63,971 nt of DNA, filler included, from Collodictyon triciliatum (GCA_043381765.1; 12 parts of 12 records of this genome joined end to end with filler, not necessarily neighbours in it); one strand, 5' to 3'; numbered from the whole stretch's first letter, positions 41,273 to 60,617 are shown. Translations and numbers: made by a program. Notes: generated from the letters alone by a model not told the origin.

Positions 41273-42486
41273 TAAAGTAATGATTATAATCGGGATTTTA
41301 GGGGTTGTTCTTAGACTAATGTAAGACAAAGAACAAAAAGTAAGAAGAAAAAAGAGGAATAAAAAAAACATAGAAAAAGACAAGGAAGAAGTAGAAGAAG
41401 TAGAAGNNNNNNNNNNNNNNNNNNNNNNNNNNNNNNNNNNNNNNNNNNNNTTAATTAATTAANNNNNNNNNNNNNNNNNNNNNNNNNNNNNNNNNNNNNN
41501 NNNNNNGTAGCTGTTAATTATTATTTTTTTAAAAAGAAAAAAAGAAAAAGAAAAAGAAAAAGAAAAAGAAAAAGAAAAAGAAAAAGAAAAAGAAAAAGAA
41601 AAAGAAAAAGAAAAAGAAAAAGATTTCACATACACTTTTGATAGTATCATCTTGATATCCTCCAACAGAACTTGGTATGAGAAGCGAAGCACAAATTCTC
41701 GTAAAACAAATATATACTCGACTCCCCGGCAGAGTCTGCGACTGAATGAATTAAATTAATATGAACATATGTCAATTATAGCGACGAACTAGACCGAGAA
41801 AAAAAAAACTTAACGTTCATAGTAGTATTCAGAAAACTATTCACAAGCCATCAAGGAAACGGAAAAAACAAACAAACAATTAAGCACAAGCAGGCCATCC
41901 AACCCACCCCGCAGACTGTCTTTGACATCTTGTTGCCGCCATGCCAGCCGCAATCCGCCGCGGTTGCTATTACCCCATCGTTAAATCTAGGGCAATAGAG
42001 GTAAAAAAACAAAGACAAACTAGAATCGCACTCCGCCCTTTTTAGCCACAGAAACACCACATGTCGACACACCCTTAATGTATGTGGATTGATATCTGTC
42101 GATGCAAGATTATTGCCTGTTACGTCGAGGGTTGCCCTTTAATGTTCTCAAATGATATTGTTGATCACGCCTTCTCCCTGTTCACTTTTATCGAGGCAAA
42201 TCTGTGCGGAAATGGATCGAGAGCAAATCGAAGCAAAACCGGTGGGCATAATCAAATCTGAAAGGGACGGTGAGAAAACAAGCGAGAAGGAAGAGAAAGC
42301 GACGTGATCATTGAGCAGGGTTCTGAAAAGTCACCGCATCATTATGAGGCCTCATAGAAGGAATATATGTTTGCCCCTGAAGCTTTTCTGAATTCCAAAA
42401 TACCACTGCTACGGACACTAATATTTTTTTCTTTCTTTCCCGCTGCTCCATTCCTTGTGCGACGACGGCAGAAGCTCGCAGCCTCA

Positions 42487-44506
42487 ATGTCTGGAAAACC
42501 AAAGACTGGTATGACTTCACCAACTCAGCCTTGTGATCCTCTAACTACTTTTTATTTATTTATTTATTTATTTAAACCTGTCTTAACTCCTTGTTTCGCC
42601 AACTCTTGCAGAAAGCGGAAGCGGCGGGTTTAGCCTCGTGAAGCTCTATCTGCTTGCGTACAACTTTACTCTGACTGCCGGCTGGTCCGTCACTCACTTA
42701 CCCTCTTTATTATTATTATTATTATTATTATTATTTGTATTTTTACAGTCAACTTACCAAAGTTTTGAAGGCTTAACTCTTTGTTCTGTCCCCTCTGAAT
42801 CCAATTTTGCAACTTATTTTTTATTCTAACTCGCATAATGTATTATTGCCAAAGTCTTTTTTTTTTATTCATCTTTTTCTTTCTTTTCTTGGCATAAACT
42901 CTTCTTTTTCGCCATAGACGGGCCTTTTGTACACTCCTTGAAACCTAATTATTCCTCGCACTCAGGCTCTATGTGCTTGTCCTCTTGGCTCAGCACTACT
43001 CTGAGAAAGGCACGGTTCAAACAGTGTATCCTAAAGTTCAGGAACAACTGAAGATCTGGCAGACTGCAGCATTGTTGGAGGTCGAGTCACACTTTCCTTT
43101 CTATGCTTACCGAACTCGTGTGCCTACTTGGATATCTCTTGCTGAATATGTTTCACCATCCCATAACAACTTATTTCTGCTAGCCAATTACGAAGCCATG
43201 TGCATGTGTGTGTTTTTATCTGAACTTCTTGTTTAGGTGTCAAAATATAATATATTAATAGCTACAAATGACTAGAAAAAAATCTTGGCTATCTTCCATC
43301 CTAACCTATTAATAATTAGGTTTTCCACTCTATTTTTGGATTCGTTAAGTCTCCAATTGGAACCACGGTCATGCAGGTTCTGACCTCCTCCTCTCTCGAC
43401 ATCTATCACTAATTGCTCAAATAAGGGGAAGTCAATAAAATTATGAAAACAAAGTTAAAATACACTATAGTGGTATATACGATTCTACCAAATCTATTAA
43501 TTCGTATACCCACATGAATTCCTTTGGACTATTCTCACTCTCGTGTATCCTCGTCATACCGTATAGGTCTCCTCTCGCATCTACCTGCTCTGGGCTATCG
43601 TTTACAACTTTATTGAGGTGAACGATTTGTACATGTGACTTCATCCTCTACTTTTTTTTTCTCCCCAGGCCACCACTTTTGAAAATATGAAACTATGACC
43701 ATGAAGTTATATCAAACGCATGTCCAAATTAATATCTCGTGGCTATACCCCTGGGCACTGAACACCTTTCTGGACTATAGGCCCAACAAAGTCTCGCATT
43801 CACAACAATGGTGATTTGCTGGTCTGTAACAGAGGTTATTCGTTACTCATACTACGGTCTAAACCTTTTGGGTTCTGTGCCTTACTTCCTGACTTACCTC
43901 AGGTACATACATCTGCACAACTCATCTTGTCCTTAACCATTTGATGTCTCAATAATACATGGATAATCCCTCTCTCCGCCAGTTTCTATCATTCCTAAGA
44001 AATAAACTGTTGGGAATCACATATGTGTTCAAGAGAAAAAAAACCGTCTTATTTGTCATTAGATATACACTTTTCATCGTCCTGTACCCTGCCGGAGTCT
44101 CGTCTGAGCTGACATGCATCTGGGTTGCCCGTCCCGCTATGCTTTCGACAGGCCACTGGCTCCTTGCCCTACCCAACCAATTCAACATCGAGTTCAGCCA
44201 CTATGCGCTCACTTACATCGTCTACTTGTCCTATGTGCCTGGTGAGACATAGTTTATTCATAGATTCGCCCATAGCTGTCTGCGTTACATAGCGCCCGTC
44301 AAATTGACTCCATCGCCGTCATCATCTAAATCATGTCCATATAATTGAATTAATACACATACACATATACACAAGAAGAAGGCACCAATAAATTCTATTA
44401 TCTCGTCAATGACATAGGATTCCCCCAACTCTACAGCTACATGTGGAACCAACGCTCAAAACTACTTGGCTCCGAGTCACCCAAGAAGGCAGGAAAATCC
44501 GAATAA
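42487..44506 (+). CDS. Very-long-chain 3-hydroxyacyl-CoA dehydratase (HACD/PTPLA/PHS1)
   Basis: YLLAYN, QTAALLEVFHS, QVSSRI, WSVTEVIRYSYY, RYTLFIVLYPAGVSSE, YVPGFPQLYSYMWNQRSKLL, basic C-terminus. Confidence 0.93.
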
Positions 44507-44826
44507 AGTCGGCATCTCTAAGACGGGAATTTTCATCGCACAGTTTGCTGTGTTGTGTAAACTGTCTTCGCAGAAAGCATCATACACACAGTCCATCCAT
44601 TTTTAAACTTTCGCCCTATATTCGCCGTCCACAAGCACACAATCTGCGGCTTTGCCTCTCGCTTTGTGCGCGTGTATCTCATATGTTTTTACAAAGGTTG
44701 TTTTTAAACCAAGGCTGATCATTTATTTCAGCCGTTCTATTGTCTGTTTTCTTTTCTCTCTTCTCCAAACGGATTTGTTCTATTTGTGACAAGAAATAGA
44801 AAGGCAACTATTTGCACGGGAGCGCC

Positions 44827-46384
44827 TCAGTCGAGAAGGGGGCTGCGGACGTAGGTTGTTGTGTCGATGTGGTGTTTCATGTCCAGAATACTCAGTGTGG
44901 AATAGTGGACATCCCCAACCATATCGGTGTGGAAGTCGCCGATGCGGAGCGTACTATGGTAGAGTCAGTTCAGTGAGGGACTGGAAGATGGAAAGCATGT
45001 ATGTATGTATGTATGTATGTATGTATGTATGTATGTATGTATGTATGTATGTATGTATGTATGTATGTATGTATGTATGTATGTATGTATGTATGTATGT
45101 GCACCTGATAATTTGGTGTTTGGTAGGAATACTGCTGATATTAAACTGTCCGGAGATGTCGAAGGAAAAATGGGCTTTAGCAGAAACCGAGAAGTCTTTA
45201 TGGTCGTGCAACAGGCCGATGCACAATGATTCATCACTAAGCTCTTTGCCCCCTGTGTGTGTGAGTGTGAAAACACATTCAACATGTGGATAGCACAAAG
45301 GCAAACCATCATTTTCTTTTTCTAATATTTCATGGCGTGGTTGAAGTGGGATATGTAAAACTGGTCATATATGATAAAGAGTCTGATAGACCTACTGAAA
45401 CAAACAGTCATATCAATTACTCTAATGTGCACTTGTTGGATATTCGGATTCTCTATTTCCATGGAAAACATAGTGTCCAGGATATTCTCTTTGGTGCCCA
45501 GCAACTCAGCCCGGGTAAAACTAACGAGCTGGAGCTGGGGCGGATTCAAACATTCAATGTAAAGGAAAATTGCAAATAATGAAAGAAGCACAAGCATAGA
45601 TATAACTAGTAACAATGCGGTGCGTTGCCTCTTGTTGGGTTGTTTAATTCTGCTTGTAGTTTTTTTTTGAAAATTTTTTTAAATGATTTAAAAGAGCTCT
45701 TTGAACCGAATAAAGGAAAAATGATTGAAAAGAGCGTTAATCCAACAAAATACAAAACTAGAAATAATGATTGAGGTAATGAAAATGAGTTTGAACAAAA
45801 TACGAAAATCATACGAGTCCGAATTGCCTATCAACGGCTCATTTTCGTCGGAGAGAAACGGCAGTTTGGCAGTTTTCGTATAAAGGCTCGATGGATGGCT
45901 CGGGTTCATAGATGCTTCCACAAATACAACAGTCTCTGGGTCATTTGCTTCAAACACACGAGTGTAGAAGTTCACAACTGAATCTACATATATGACACAG
46001 CATCACAAATTAAATATAATTCGCAGATTTACTGTGCGAAACAAATAGAAAAAAAAAACACTTATTTTTCAAACAGCTTCAGTAAAAAAGTAAAAAGTAA
46101 ATAAATAAACAAAATAATCGCACCTTTGTCCCTTTCAGGGGAATATGTTGATAATAGCCAATTATTATTAATTTTTTTTTTTTCAAAAAAAAAAAAAGAA
46201 AAATAAAACTCTTAGGGCACGAACCAGTTGAACTTGATGGAAAGGAAAATACAGCGCTCCTTTCTGCCTGGCTTAACTCGCGTTGAAGCGGGGTGGCCAT
46301 TCCAAGAATAGGCGAGTGGTAAAACACCGGGGCCTTAGGCCTAACTGAGAAGCCGCTCGATTGCGGCTGATCGGAGCCGTCCAT
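44827..46384 (-). CDS. Type II membrane protein with LEA2/WHy-like lumenal domain
   Basis: Cytosolic N-terminus with ENEPLI (dileucine-like motif), TM LLLVISMLVLLSLFAIFLYI, then PPQLQL...FSMEIENPNIQQVHIRVIDMT. Last exon ends VRSPLLD*. Confidence 0.55.
45699..45721 (+). mobile_element. Ultra-short retroposon copy D (CTTTGAACCGAATAAAGG-A5), intronic
   Basis: Flanked by TGATTTAAAAGAGC (45684-45697) and TGATTGAAAAGAGC (45722-45735). Confidence 0.75.
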
Positions 46385-47710
46385 TTGTATAAAGTCACTG
46401 CGCAAGGTTCAGGTATGAGAGATGCCTGCAGACAAGACGAAGTATAAGCGACGGTGCTGATTATTTGTTAGTTTAATCGTCTGTGGACTGCTTACAATAA
46501 TGGTATATGATACGCCCGCACCTGCAGTTTCTTTCTTCCAGTCATTCAAGTTCTTTCCTTCTTCCTTTCGTTTTTGTTTTTTTTTCCCCTCCCTCCCAAC
46601 ATATCTTCACACTTTCGCTATTATTTCGTTTGTTTTCTATATTGTTATTTTGTTTTTGGCCTCGCAAGGCTCCCCAAAAAACAAACTAGCGGGGCGGCTT
46701 GGTTGCAAAGCCGATCGACACAACTCTGCTTCCTCATACCAATAACGATGATATAAACAATTCTTAGACGATGAATGCCAAAAAAAGGAGTAAATATTCG
46801 TATTGAATAAATTTCTATAATTGAAGAAACGGAGGTAATATTCAAAGACAAAGAGAAAGAGGCATCCATTTGTGGAATAAAAGATAGTGCTCTCAACGAT
46901 CAAAATCTGGCTTTGGGGCAGCAGCAAAACGCATGGACAGGCAGGTGTGTTCCGTCCGTATGGGAGTTTGCTGAACCCGTCGCATTGCGAGGCAAGGCAG
47001 AGACAAATCATGAATATGTGGAAGCTGAACTCAAAGAACACTGGATACTCACCAATACTAGAGTTATTCAATTCATGTATATCATTCATTCCTTATGTCA
47101 ATGTGACGCCCTTCGGCGGAATCTGAGCACTCTTGCCTGTCCTCTGCCAACAGTTCCTCCAGTTGAGGGAAAAGGAAAAGGAAAAGGAAAAGGAAAAGAA
47201 AGAAAGAAAAAAGAAAGAAAAAAGAAAGAAAGAAAAAAAGAAAGAAAAAAAGAAAGAAAAAAAGAAAGAAAAAAAGAAAGAAAAAAAGAAAGAAAAAAAG
47301 AAAGAAAAAAAGAAAGAAANNNNNNNNNNNNNNNNNNNNNNNNNNNNNNNNNNNNNNNNNNNNTTAATTAATTAANNNNNNNNNNNNNNNNNNNNNNNNN
47401 NNNNNNNNNNNNNNNNNNNTTATTCTTGTTTTATTCTTGTTTTATTCTTGTTTTATTCTTGTTTTATTCTTGTTTTATTCTTGTTTTATTCTTGTTTTAT
47501 TCTTGTTTTATTCTTGTTATTGTTCGCCTACATATACTCTTCCTGATAATTTACTCAAGATGGGGAAGATATGTAACTTTTTATTCTCCCTCATCTTAAC
47601 TTTTTCTTCATTCCCACTGCTTTTCAATCATCAGAAAATGACGCGCGTATGTTTAAAAACGATGATTATCGACAGACAAAAGTTAATGTATTATATTATT
47701 TGCCAACTTA

Positions 47711-50700
47711 GTCGACTCAGAAAACTTCCGACAACGTGCCGAAGCTGCGGACATGGAGGACCGAGCAAAATCTGCTATCGGGTCTTTATGGACAAAGTCA
47801 GAAGTTATTGTTAGCTTTTTCCAGGTGCGAAAATAGACATTCAACTCTCAAAAATATAATAAGCACACTTGTATTTCTTTCCTTTGAAAAGAGAAAGAAA
47901 AAGAAAAAAGACATTCGTTGAATACTTTTGTGATATTAATTGGTATCAACACGCAATATTCTCGTTGCTATTTGTCAACACACAGATTCTTGGATTGCTA
48001 TTACTGGCTATCCCTGAAATTGTTTGGCCGAAGATATGGATTGATTTTACATTTTGGACTTTAAGCTTCTCCATAGACATTGATATTTACTTCAACTTTG
48101 ACCTACCTGTCGAGTGGCAGGTTCTAACTTAATTTTACCAAATTTAATCGGGGAAAGAAACGTCTCCAAATAGTCAACCAGTCAGAGATAAAAACAACTT
48201 ATTTTTATGACTGGTATCATTCTAACGAATTTTTTTCTATAGTACATCAAATTTGGCATATTTATGTCAATGCCTTTAATCTTCTGGTTGGGGTATACAA
48301 TATCATCGACGAGAGATGAATGGATTTCACAATATGGTACCGTTATGGCTCGATATATCCTTTTTTTTTTCTTCTTCTTTCTACCTTAGTCTAATATAAC
48401 AACTTCAACTATCAATAAAATAGTAACAAATTGGTCGGGGACAAAGAAAAAGGTATTTCTGTTATACCTGCTTCTTGTAGCCTTATCAATCGGTGGTGCC
48501 CTTTTGCTGAATATCCAATCCAGGTTCTGCCTCTTAAAATCTCAATTAATTACAGTGAATTAATATGTGTTTCCCTCTCTTCTGCTATTAAATTGATACG
48601 AATTTCTGCCTAATTACTTGTTTCTAAAAATTAAAACTAAAAAACGAACGCCAGTGGCACCGTGGTTAATGTTGGGTTTGTGGCTGTCTTTATCATCGGC
48701 TTCACTGTACTGTTCGCCATTTGGTACTGCTTCCATTATAAAATTTATTTAAAACAACAACAAAATAAAAAAATCAAGAAAAGCGAAAAGAAGAAAATAT
48801 ATTCATGGTAATATTTCTACCTTGCATCAAAACGTGTGCCTACCTAAGGATCGAAAGAATTATTAGGTTTTTACTTATCAACTCGTTCCGAAAGAACCAT
48901 AATGATGAAGCATGGTGGTACCGTTATAAACGCCGCAAAGAGCGCGCATTCCTTTTCTTACTCACAACAATGTACATGCCTATCTGCCGTTCTCTGTTTT
49001 GGAATTTCCGATGTGACGGAGATAAACTACTGCTTTTCCCCGAATTAGAATGCCCGTAATATTTACTTTCTCTATCTTTTACCTAGTCCCTCTTATTCCC
49101 TCCCTTTCCCTGATTTTTTTTCTATTCAGTAATTATGCGAGTTTCTACACTCACCCTATGCGATGTAATTTCTTACAATTTTTTTTTAAATTTTGGTATT
49201 AGATCGAGGGTGAAAGAGTTGCATATTATTCAGATGGTCTCTATTGCACTGATACCATTCTATGTAATCGGAATTCCGTTGTTCTTTGCCCGCCTAGTTA
49301 GCATCGTAAGCTGACATAAATTTAGTATTCCCGGTTAACTCATCACTGCATCATTAATCGACCATTTGATAAATGGCCACAGTCCATATACATTATACCT
49401 CACCCTTTGTTCCAAATCATATGCTAGGCCATCGGAGAGCTCAATGTTAATTTCAAGATAGATGATAAACAAGAGATACTTCGACAATTGAAGTTAGAAT
49501 CGAGCGAAGTCACGGACAAAAAAGATGAATATAAGAAGAAACTAAAAGTACAAGCATTATTAATTTGCCCTTTAAATTATTGATTGCTTGATTTGTTCGA
49601 TCTAGAGTAAATTTAAATAACATTATTTTCTCACCCATACTCAAGGAATTCAAAGAAGAATACGCTGCTCATGCCAGGTATTTCAATAGCCAAATACATG
49701 TGTACTTTAAACTAATTATTGCTTCATTAACTATTTCTCTTTGAATTTTATCAATGTAGGACATACTACACAGCGTCGTCATATCGTAATGATTATGTTA
49801 TATCAATTATAGCCTCTATTTGTCTTAAAAAAAGAAAAAAAAGACAGTGTAACTGTTTGATCAGTCATGTACTTTTTTCCCCCCTTCATTCGATTCAAAG
49901 AATCAGTCATATACATTTGAAGCACTAGTGTATTTTTTTTTATTTTCAAGACAAATAATGTCTTACGTTCCTCGAATGCTCCAAAACCCCCCAATTTTCA
50001 TGAAATTCTCTACATTAAGTTTACAGCGCATACGAGTACCGCTATCGTTACTACAAGATTTTCCAAATGTTGGAAAAGACGTTGTTATTGATTATAACCA
50101 GTTACGTCAAGGAAAGCGCTGGAAGGGTGACCTGACTATTAATCAGTTTTATTTAATTTTAAGTAATAAATAACTGGTTTATATTAACCCGATCGATAAT
50201 TGTATCCATAATCCACGACCCATTGTAGGCGGTCGCTACAAACCTCGTCATTGGAATATATGCATTAATATCCTTTGTCTCCAGCCCTTTTTCTGGTAAC
50301 TTAACTAAAGTCTATATACTACAATAAAAAAAAAATCCAACCGATGTGCTTTTTTAATTCTATAATTGGTCTGTTTCCTACTTTACAATTAAAATATTTA
50401 TAACGTTTACACAATCGCGTCTCATTCTACACAAAGATACGGCCGAGGATATTATGGACCAGTGCAGCCGCATATGCAATACAATTACCATATTTCTGGG
50501 AATCTCCCTTGACAATGTGATTTTCATTCTACCGCACATTAACACACGACATGGTATCTTACTCTGTAACTATTGTCCCATACCAAAAGTATTCCACACA
50601 GGGCATATTTGACTCTTATACTCTTTATGTTCAATAGGATTGGGTGCAGAAATACACATCGACAGTCATACTATTTTTGTCCAACGGGCTTAACATAATT

Positions 50701-52380
50701 GTCATGTTGCTGGTGTTGGCTGCCAATCCCATTCGCGAGTGGTTTGCTAGTAAGGAATGGGCATCGAAAGCACACGACATCATGAAAGAGAGGAACACGG
50801 TTAGTCTGAATTTTATGACTTTTATTTTTCTTCAACTTTTTTCATGCCTTGATTCAGATATGCAACCGTCTCACAGCATTCGATAAGATGAATCAATAAT
50901 ACCATTAATGTCAGGAGTGATTCACTTTATGCTCTTCTCTCTTATATTTTCAGTATCACCACTAAATACGAATGTTCAATCTAAAACAGCCAAACCAGCT
51001 TAAGACAAGCCAACAACAGCCACCAGCAGCGATGAACAAGGATATGAGCACAGCATCCTTTGGACGTTTGTGTTTGCTCGATTTCTGTGCATTCCCTTTG
51101 GTTGTTGACTAAACGAATGTGGTTAATCTTTCATATCACTAATATATAGAGGGCAATGCTGCTGCTGGAATGGGTGCATCCGCAAAAAGTATACTTTATA
51201 TTTTCTATTATTCATCTATATATACAAAGAAGAAGAAAAAGAAGAAAGAAAGGATTAAACATGGACCGTGAATCATTATACAGACTGTATTATTCTGTGG
51301 CAATCGACTTCGCACTCTCACACACTATGCTTGCACAGACCTGCAGGAGCTTCGCCATGGCGCAAATGCCGGGGATATGGCATTGGGCCAAGCACTGAGC
51401 AACCAAACTGCCAAGAAAAAGTCAGAGTCCGACTCCGAGGACGAAGGCTCTGATGCTGGAGCAGGAGTTATCACACCTGAACCGCACGTCTCCCCTGCAC
51501 AACTCGAGATCGATCTCGATAACTCGGAAGGAGAATATGAAGATGATGATGACTTTTATGACGATGAAGATGAGGAGGGGATTCTTGACGATGATGCCGA
51601 TGGGCTCGTCGCAGGCGATCTGCACACGTCCCAAGTTGGGCAGCAAGAAGATGATTATTGGGATGAGGAAGGGTTTGTCCATGTCTTTTATAAATATATT
51701 TGTTTCTATTCTTCCATTCTCGTCTCCTATGTCAACTTCAGTTATCTCATCCTGTGGGATTGACCATTGCGTTCTGATTGTGCATATATACATCAATAGG
51801 GATTTGGAGCGTCTCCGCACGTTCCTGCTATTTTCGAACCTGGTTGGGGCGGTGAACATGGATGACGATGACAATGATGATGATGATGACTTTGGTGAAC
51901 GTGGGGTGAGACAGCCGCATCAAGGCCATCACGATACCGACATTGGTGATGGTGATGGCGATGATGACTATTACGCTGCATCCGGCGCTCACATGCCCCC
52001 GAATTCGGTACGTCTCCAAACATTCAGCTCATAGCGCAGACCCACGTAATCATTCATCACAATCACAATCCAATCCAACCATAATCCCCTCCACCTCGAA
52101 CTCATCAACAAAATTTAGATATGTTTTTTTTCCCCCCCAATCACAAGTCGCGGTTGATTTTTTGCTCTGTTTTATTTAATCATATTTTTCATATGAAAAT
52201 AATCATCCTGATGCGACAACAGAATGCGAGAGGCATCAAACTGCATTAGTCAGGATGACAGCCAGGCTTCGTCTGTCTCGTCCTTCGAATCACAATCGAT
52301 ACCCTCCAAAAAAAAAAAAAAAAACCCGCCATCATGGAAAGTGAAGAAGGGTCCCCGCACCAACAAACACAACTCGTCCT
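47711..52380 (+). CDS. Multi-pass membrane protein of unknown family with acidic disordered C-terminal region (partial, many exons)
   Basis: Hydrophobic exons ILGLLLLAIPEIVWPKIW, FLLTTMYMPICRSLFWNFRC...LECP, FYVIGIPLFF, VILFLSNGLNIIVMLLVL, then Asp/Glu-rich exons. Confidence 0.6.
49873..49900 (-). mobile_element. Ultra-short retroposon copy E (diverged), intronic
   Basis: TTTTTTCCCCCCTTCATTCGATTCAAAG between ATCAGTCATGTAC (49860-49872) and ATCAGTCATATAC (49902-49914). Confidence 0.7.
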
Positions 52381-52480
52381 NNNNNNNNNNNNNNNNNNNN
52401 NNNNNNNNNNNNNNNNNNNNNNNNTTAATTAATTAANNNNNNNNNNNNNNNNNNNNNNNNNNNNNNNNNNNNNNNNNNNN

Positions 52481-54432
<1,952 letters not shown>

Positions 54433-54988
54433 TTCTGGTGATCACACATACACACTTTTGTTGCATCCTGTTTCTTACCAACGCATTTCCATTCCCTCCT
54501 TCCTCGGCTTGGTAACTCCCCCACAACACACAGCTTCTATATCTATCCAAAAACGAAATTGAGCGAGAAAGTGAGAGAGGGAGAGGGAAGAGTCAGAAAA
54601 ACGAAACAAAACCAAGCAAAACAGACAAAAACAAAACATAACAAGGACGAATGGGGATGAAAACCCTGGGGAGCTATGGTCCTTCCGAAGTCAGTTTTTC
54701 TGCCCTGCTCTTTTTTTTCTCTTCCGTCTCCTCACCTTGTCATCTTTCCACTCGCGCCTTCTTTCTATATCCGCCCCTCCTCGCCACGTAATCAGTCCTC
54801 CTCTACGCAACAAAAGACACATAAATCTGTGGGTCGATAACCCAGACATCAAGCATCGGCCAGGATACCGCTGAACCCAACCCACCAGCAAGCGAGAAAC
54901 GAGGCGGACCAGAGCAGCCGAGCCGGATTTATGGCAGTTTGTTGCAGGCAATCTCGCCTTGCTCATCGCAGAAAAGCACAGCGGCTCT

Positions 54989-57221
<2,233 letters not shown>

Positions 57222-58007
57222 GAGAGGGAAAGAGAAGTTTGCTGTCAGTTGTGTCAGCAATATTCTTCCATCGCACTCAAGCAGCAGCCCCGCGAGCAAA
57301 GAAGACACTCTGCGGCCTCTACGCCCACTCGTGGCCACTTTGATTGCGAATCAAGCCTCGTCCGCCTCATAAGAAGCCATCAATTTGCCCGGATCATAAA
57401 TATGTCACCGGATCTGCGTCATAAATCGAAGCTTCCAATAATTAGTATAATATATTATTACAAAAATCATTATATCAAAATAGCATTATAATATCATCCA
57501 AAATATTATATAATATTAATAGATATAGTATAAACTATTTTCCATAAATGTATATTTGTCTTATTTCTTTGGAAAACGCATTTCTGTGCTATGGAAATGA
57601 GTGGAAGCCCGTTACGGCGTTCCCTGACATCGCACAAAACACCTACCTGGCTTGGTATACACAAAAGACTCAAGAGTGACTCCGAGTTTATCACAGCCCC
57701 AAAAGCATCACACGTATCAATGCTCACACTCGTCTGCGTAGGCATACCCGCGTCTCGCAAAGAGCGGGGCTTTTTTTTCTTTTGTCATACGCGACGCAGA
57801 TGGCTTTCTTCTTGCTCCTCTGCCCCTCTCCTTAACGATCGAGTTTTCAGAAGGGTTGCCTGTCTCTTGATCGACAGAACCTATCAGGAAACAAATCGCT
57901 TGAGCCCTCCGTCATTCCGTCCAAACATTCCCCAATAAAGCGCTCAGTGTTCGTCTCAACTATCGCAACCCTCTGCTCTTTTTCCTGGCAGCTTCACCCA
58001 CGACGCC

Positions 58008-58091
58008 ATGTTTTCGAGGACCACAGAGAGGTCTTCAGAGGTACGCAAAATCCACAGGATCCAGTTTGGTGTCATGAGCCACAAACAGATC
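58008..58091 (+). CDS. First exon of a probable RNA polymerase largest subunit (RPB1/RPC1-like)
   Basis: GCCATG start, MFSRTTERSSEVRKIHRIQFGVMSHKQI resembles the conserved N-terminal (R/K)xxxxQFGxxSxxxI motif, followed by a GT donor. The contig ends soon after. Confidence 0.55.
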
Positions 58092-58549
58092 GTCAGTCTA
58101 ATTTCTGCCAAACGATCGTCTTGAGTGAGATTATATAAAGCGACCAAATATCAAGAGGAGAGATATCAACATCTTTCAGACAAGTTCATTCATATGTACA
58201 CCTTGGTAATCCTTTTTTTTTTTTATTCTAAAAGTCTTAGCTGTTGAGCCCGTCTCAACAATCTTTCATTCAACCATCAGGCAAGTAGNNNNNNNNNNNN
58301 NNNNNNNNNNNNNNNNNNNNNNNNNNNNNNNNTTAATTAATTAANNNNNNNNNNNNNNNNNNNNNNNNNNNNNNNNNNNNNNNNNNNNTTTTATTTGTTT
58401 TATTTGTTTTATTTGTTTTATTTGTTTTATTTGTTTTATTTGTGCCTATTAATTGAACATATTTAATATGTGCAAAATCGATATTTGATTCATGCTTTTG
58501 TCGTTTCATGTAAATAACAAAAATTAGAAGAGGGATATTTCATCAAAAA

Positions 58550-59600
58550 TTACAAAGGAATCATTTGCGCAAAAAGACTCCTTATGAACGCAGCCATGGG
58601 ACCAAAGTTAAATCCTCCAACTATAGCAAACACTAGCATATGCACAAATGTCTTGGCAAAAAAAAGCCAGATGACACAAATAACCATAAAAACTAGATTG
58701 ATAATGATAATAATTTGTGGCTTAATATTGAACTGCTTGCTCAAGTATGTAAAAAGATATGTTCCTAGTATCGCGCAGATAAAAACGACTATAATAATTC
58801 CAGCAAGTTGGGCTTGACTCAACCCGATGTCCTAAACATTCATATATTTTTTAGACACCAGTTTTTTTGGTTACATAAATACCCAAATATGTAGCTAAGA
58901 GAAGGGTGCATTTACCACAGCAAATATCGCCGCAGACGAATTCATAATAGTATTGGTATCTCTGAACAGGACACATGCGATAAGGTAATTACGGAAGTCT
59001 GGGAACTTTTTTAGTAACTTAAGGCATCTTATACGTCGTAAATAACCCTCGTGAATTGAAAATCTCAGGGACTTGAGTAAAGAACCCTATGAATCGCATT
59101 TGATGAGTATCTTAATACAACTTATTTGAAATAGAAAAATAACAAATGACATTCTTACAGTAGCCTCAGGGGGTAATGGTGGTCCCTCATGCTTGCCAAG
59201 TTTTGGAAATGTGAACAAAAGGGATATCAACCCCCACCAAATACCTGTAAAGATAATTGGCCCCCTATAGTTCAACCACTCATTCGCATCTGTATCAAGA
59301 AGCTTCATCGGAGCGAAAAAGAATAATCCCAAACATACTATGTATGCAGCCATGGATGCAGCAAAATATCTCATCGACTTTACAAAAAAAAAAAAAAAAT
59401 AAATTATCGTAGTTAAAAAAAAATCAAATCTCGTCTACAGACATTCGTTTTTTCGTGTGAATGATTCAAATATATTACTAATGATACTAACCCTGTTCGA
59501 CAATAGATGGCGATTATTGGTTTCGTATTTTGCGATAGGATTTAGAAAGGACATATGCAAGACACCAGCTAATCCTTGGCATGTCTGCAGTTAGAATACA

Positions 59601-59675
<75 letters not shown>

Positions 59676-60153
59676 AGGACAAGGACAAGGACAAGGACAA
59701 TGACAAGGACAAGGACAAGGACAAGGAAAAGGAAAAGGAAAAGGAAAAGGAAAGAACGGTCATGATCAAAGTTATGAGATCCAAGTATATCTACGACGAT
59801 AGTAAATTAGTAATAAGGGTATGATAAAATGTCTTGAGAAAAAAAATGTACTTTCGCCACAACAAAGAATATAATAGCCAAAACAACGAAGTCGTTTTTT
59901 GCCACAAAAGCCATGGCTATCAGAAACACTGGGCCTGGATGAAGATAAATCAAACTCAAGAAAACACATATGCTAATCAAAGATAAGGTGATATGACTGT
60001 AGCATATGGCAGCGTAGAATCTTACCGACATACAGCATCGCCTTGAACATGCGAAACTTCAAGTCTGAAAAATCACATATTGGGATGAATGTGAAATAGC
60101 AAATCGCTCGTAGAAACACAGTGGCAAAGTTTGCAAAGAACCATGAGGACCTA

Positions 60154-60208
<55 letters not shown>

Positions 60209-60617
60209 CAAAGTTCTATAATGAATCCATACTCATACTATATGGATTCTATCAAAGACTGTCCGCAAGCCACTTCCAAAGCAAATAAACTAAGACTATT
60301 GGAAGGTGTAGTCTAAATTATAAGTTAAAGGAGATGTAGGGAGGATAAAAGAAATGAAAAGAAAAATCAAGAATAAATATAAACCACGAAGAAGCAACAC
60401 CAGAACCATCTGCCATGAAAATGATCAGCTCAGGAATCAGGATCAAAGAGGCCACGTTAAAGCTTCCGTCAGCAAACTCATATGCCACCCAAGCCTGTGA
60501 CTGACTTGGGTCCATTGCACTTGAAGAGTTTGCTGCAACATTCTTTGTGGTGGAAACCCCAGACCCCTCGGGGTGATCGGAAAGCACTTGAAGCTCTTCA
60601 GGCTCAGGTTCGTTCAT
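58550..60617 (-). CDS. Atg22/BtlA (UMF1)-family MFS transporter (3'-truncated)
   Basis: AWVAYEFADGSF, FTGIWWGLISLLFTFPKLGKHEGPPLP, GGFNFGPMAAFIRSLFAQMIP, plus many TM exons. Confidence 0.75.
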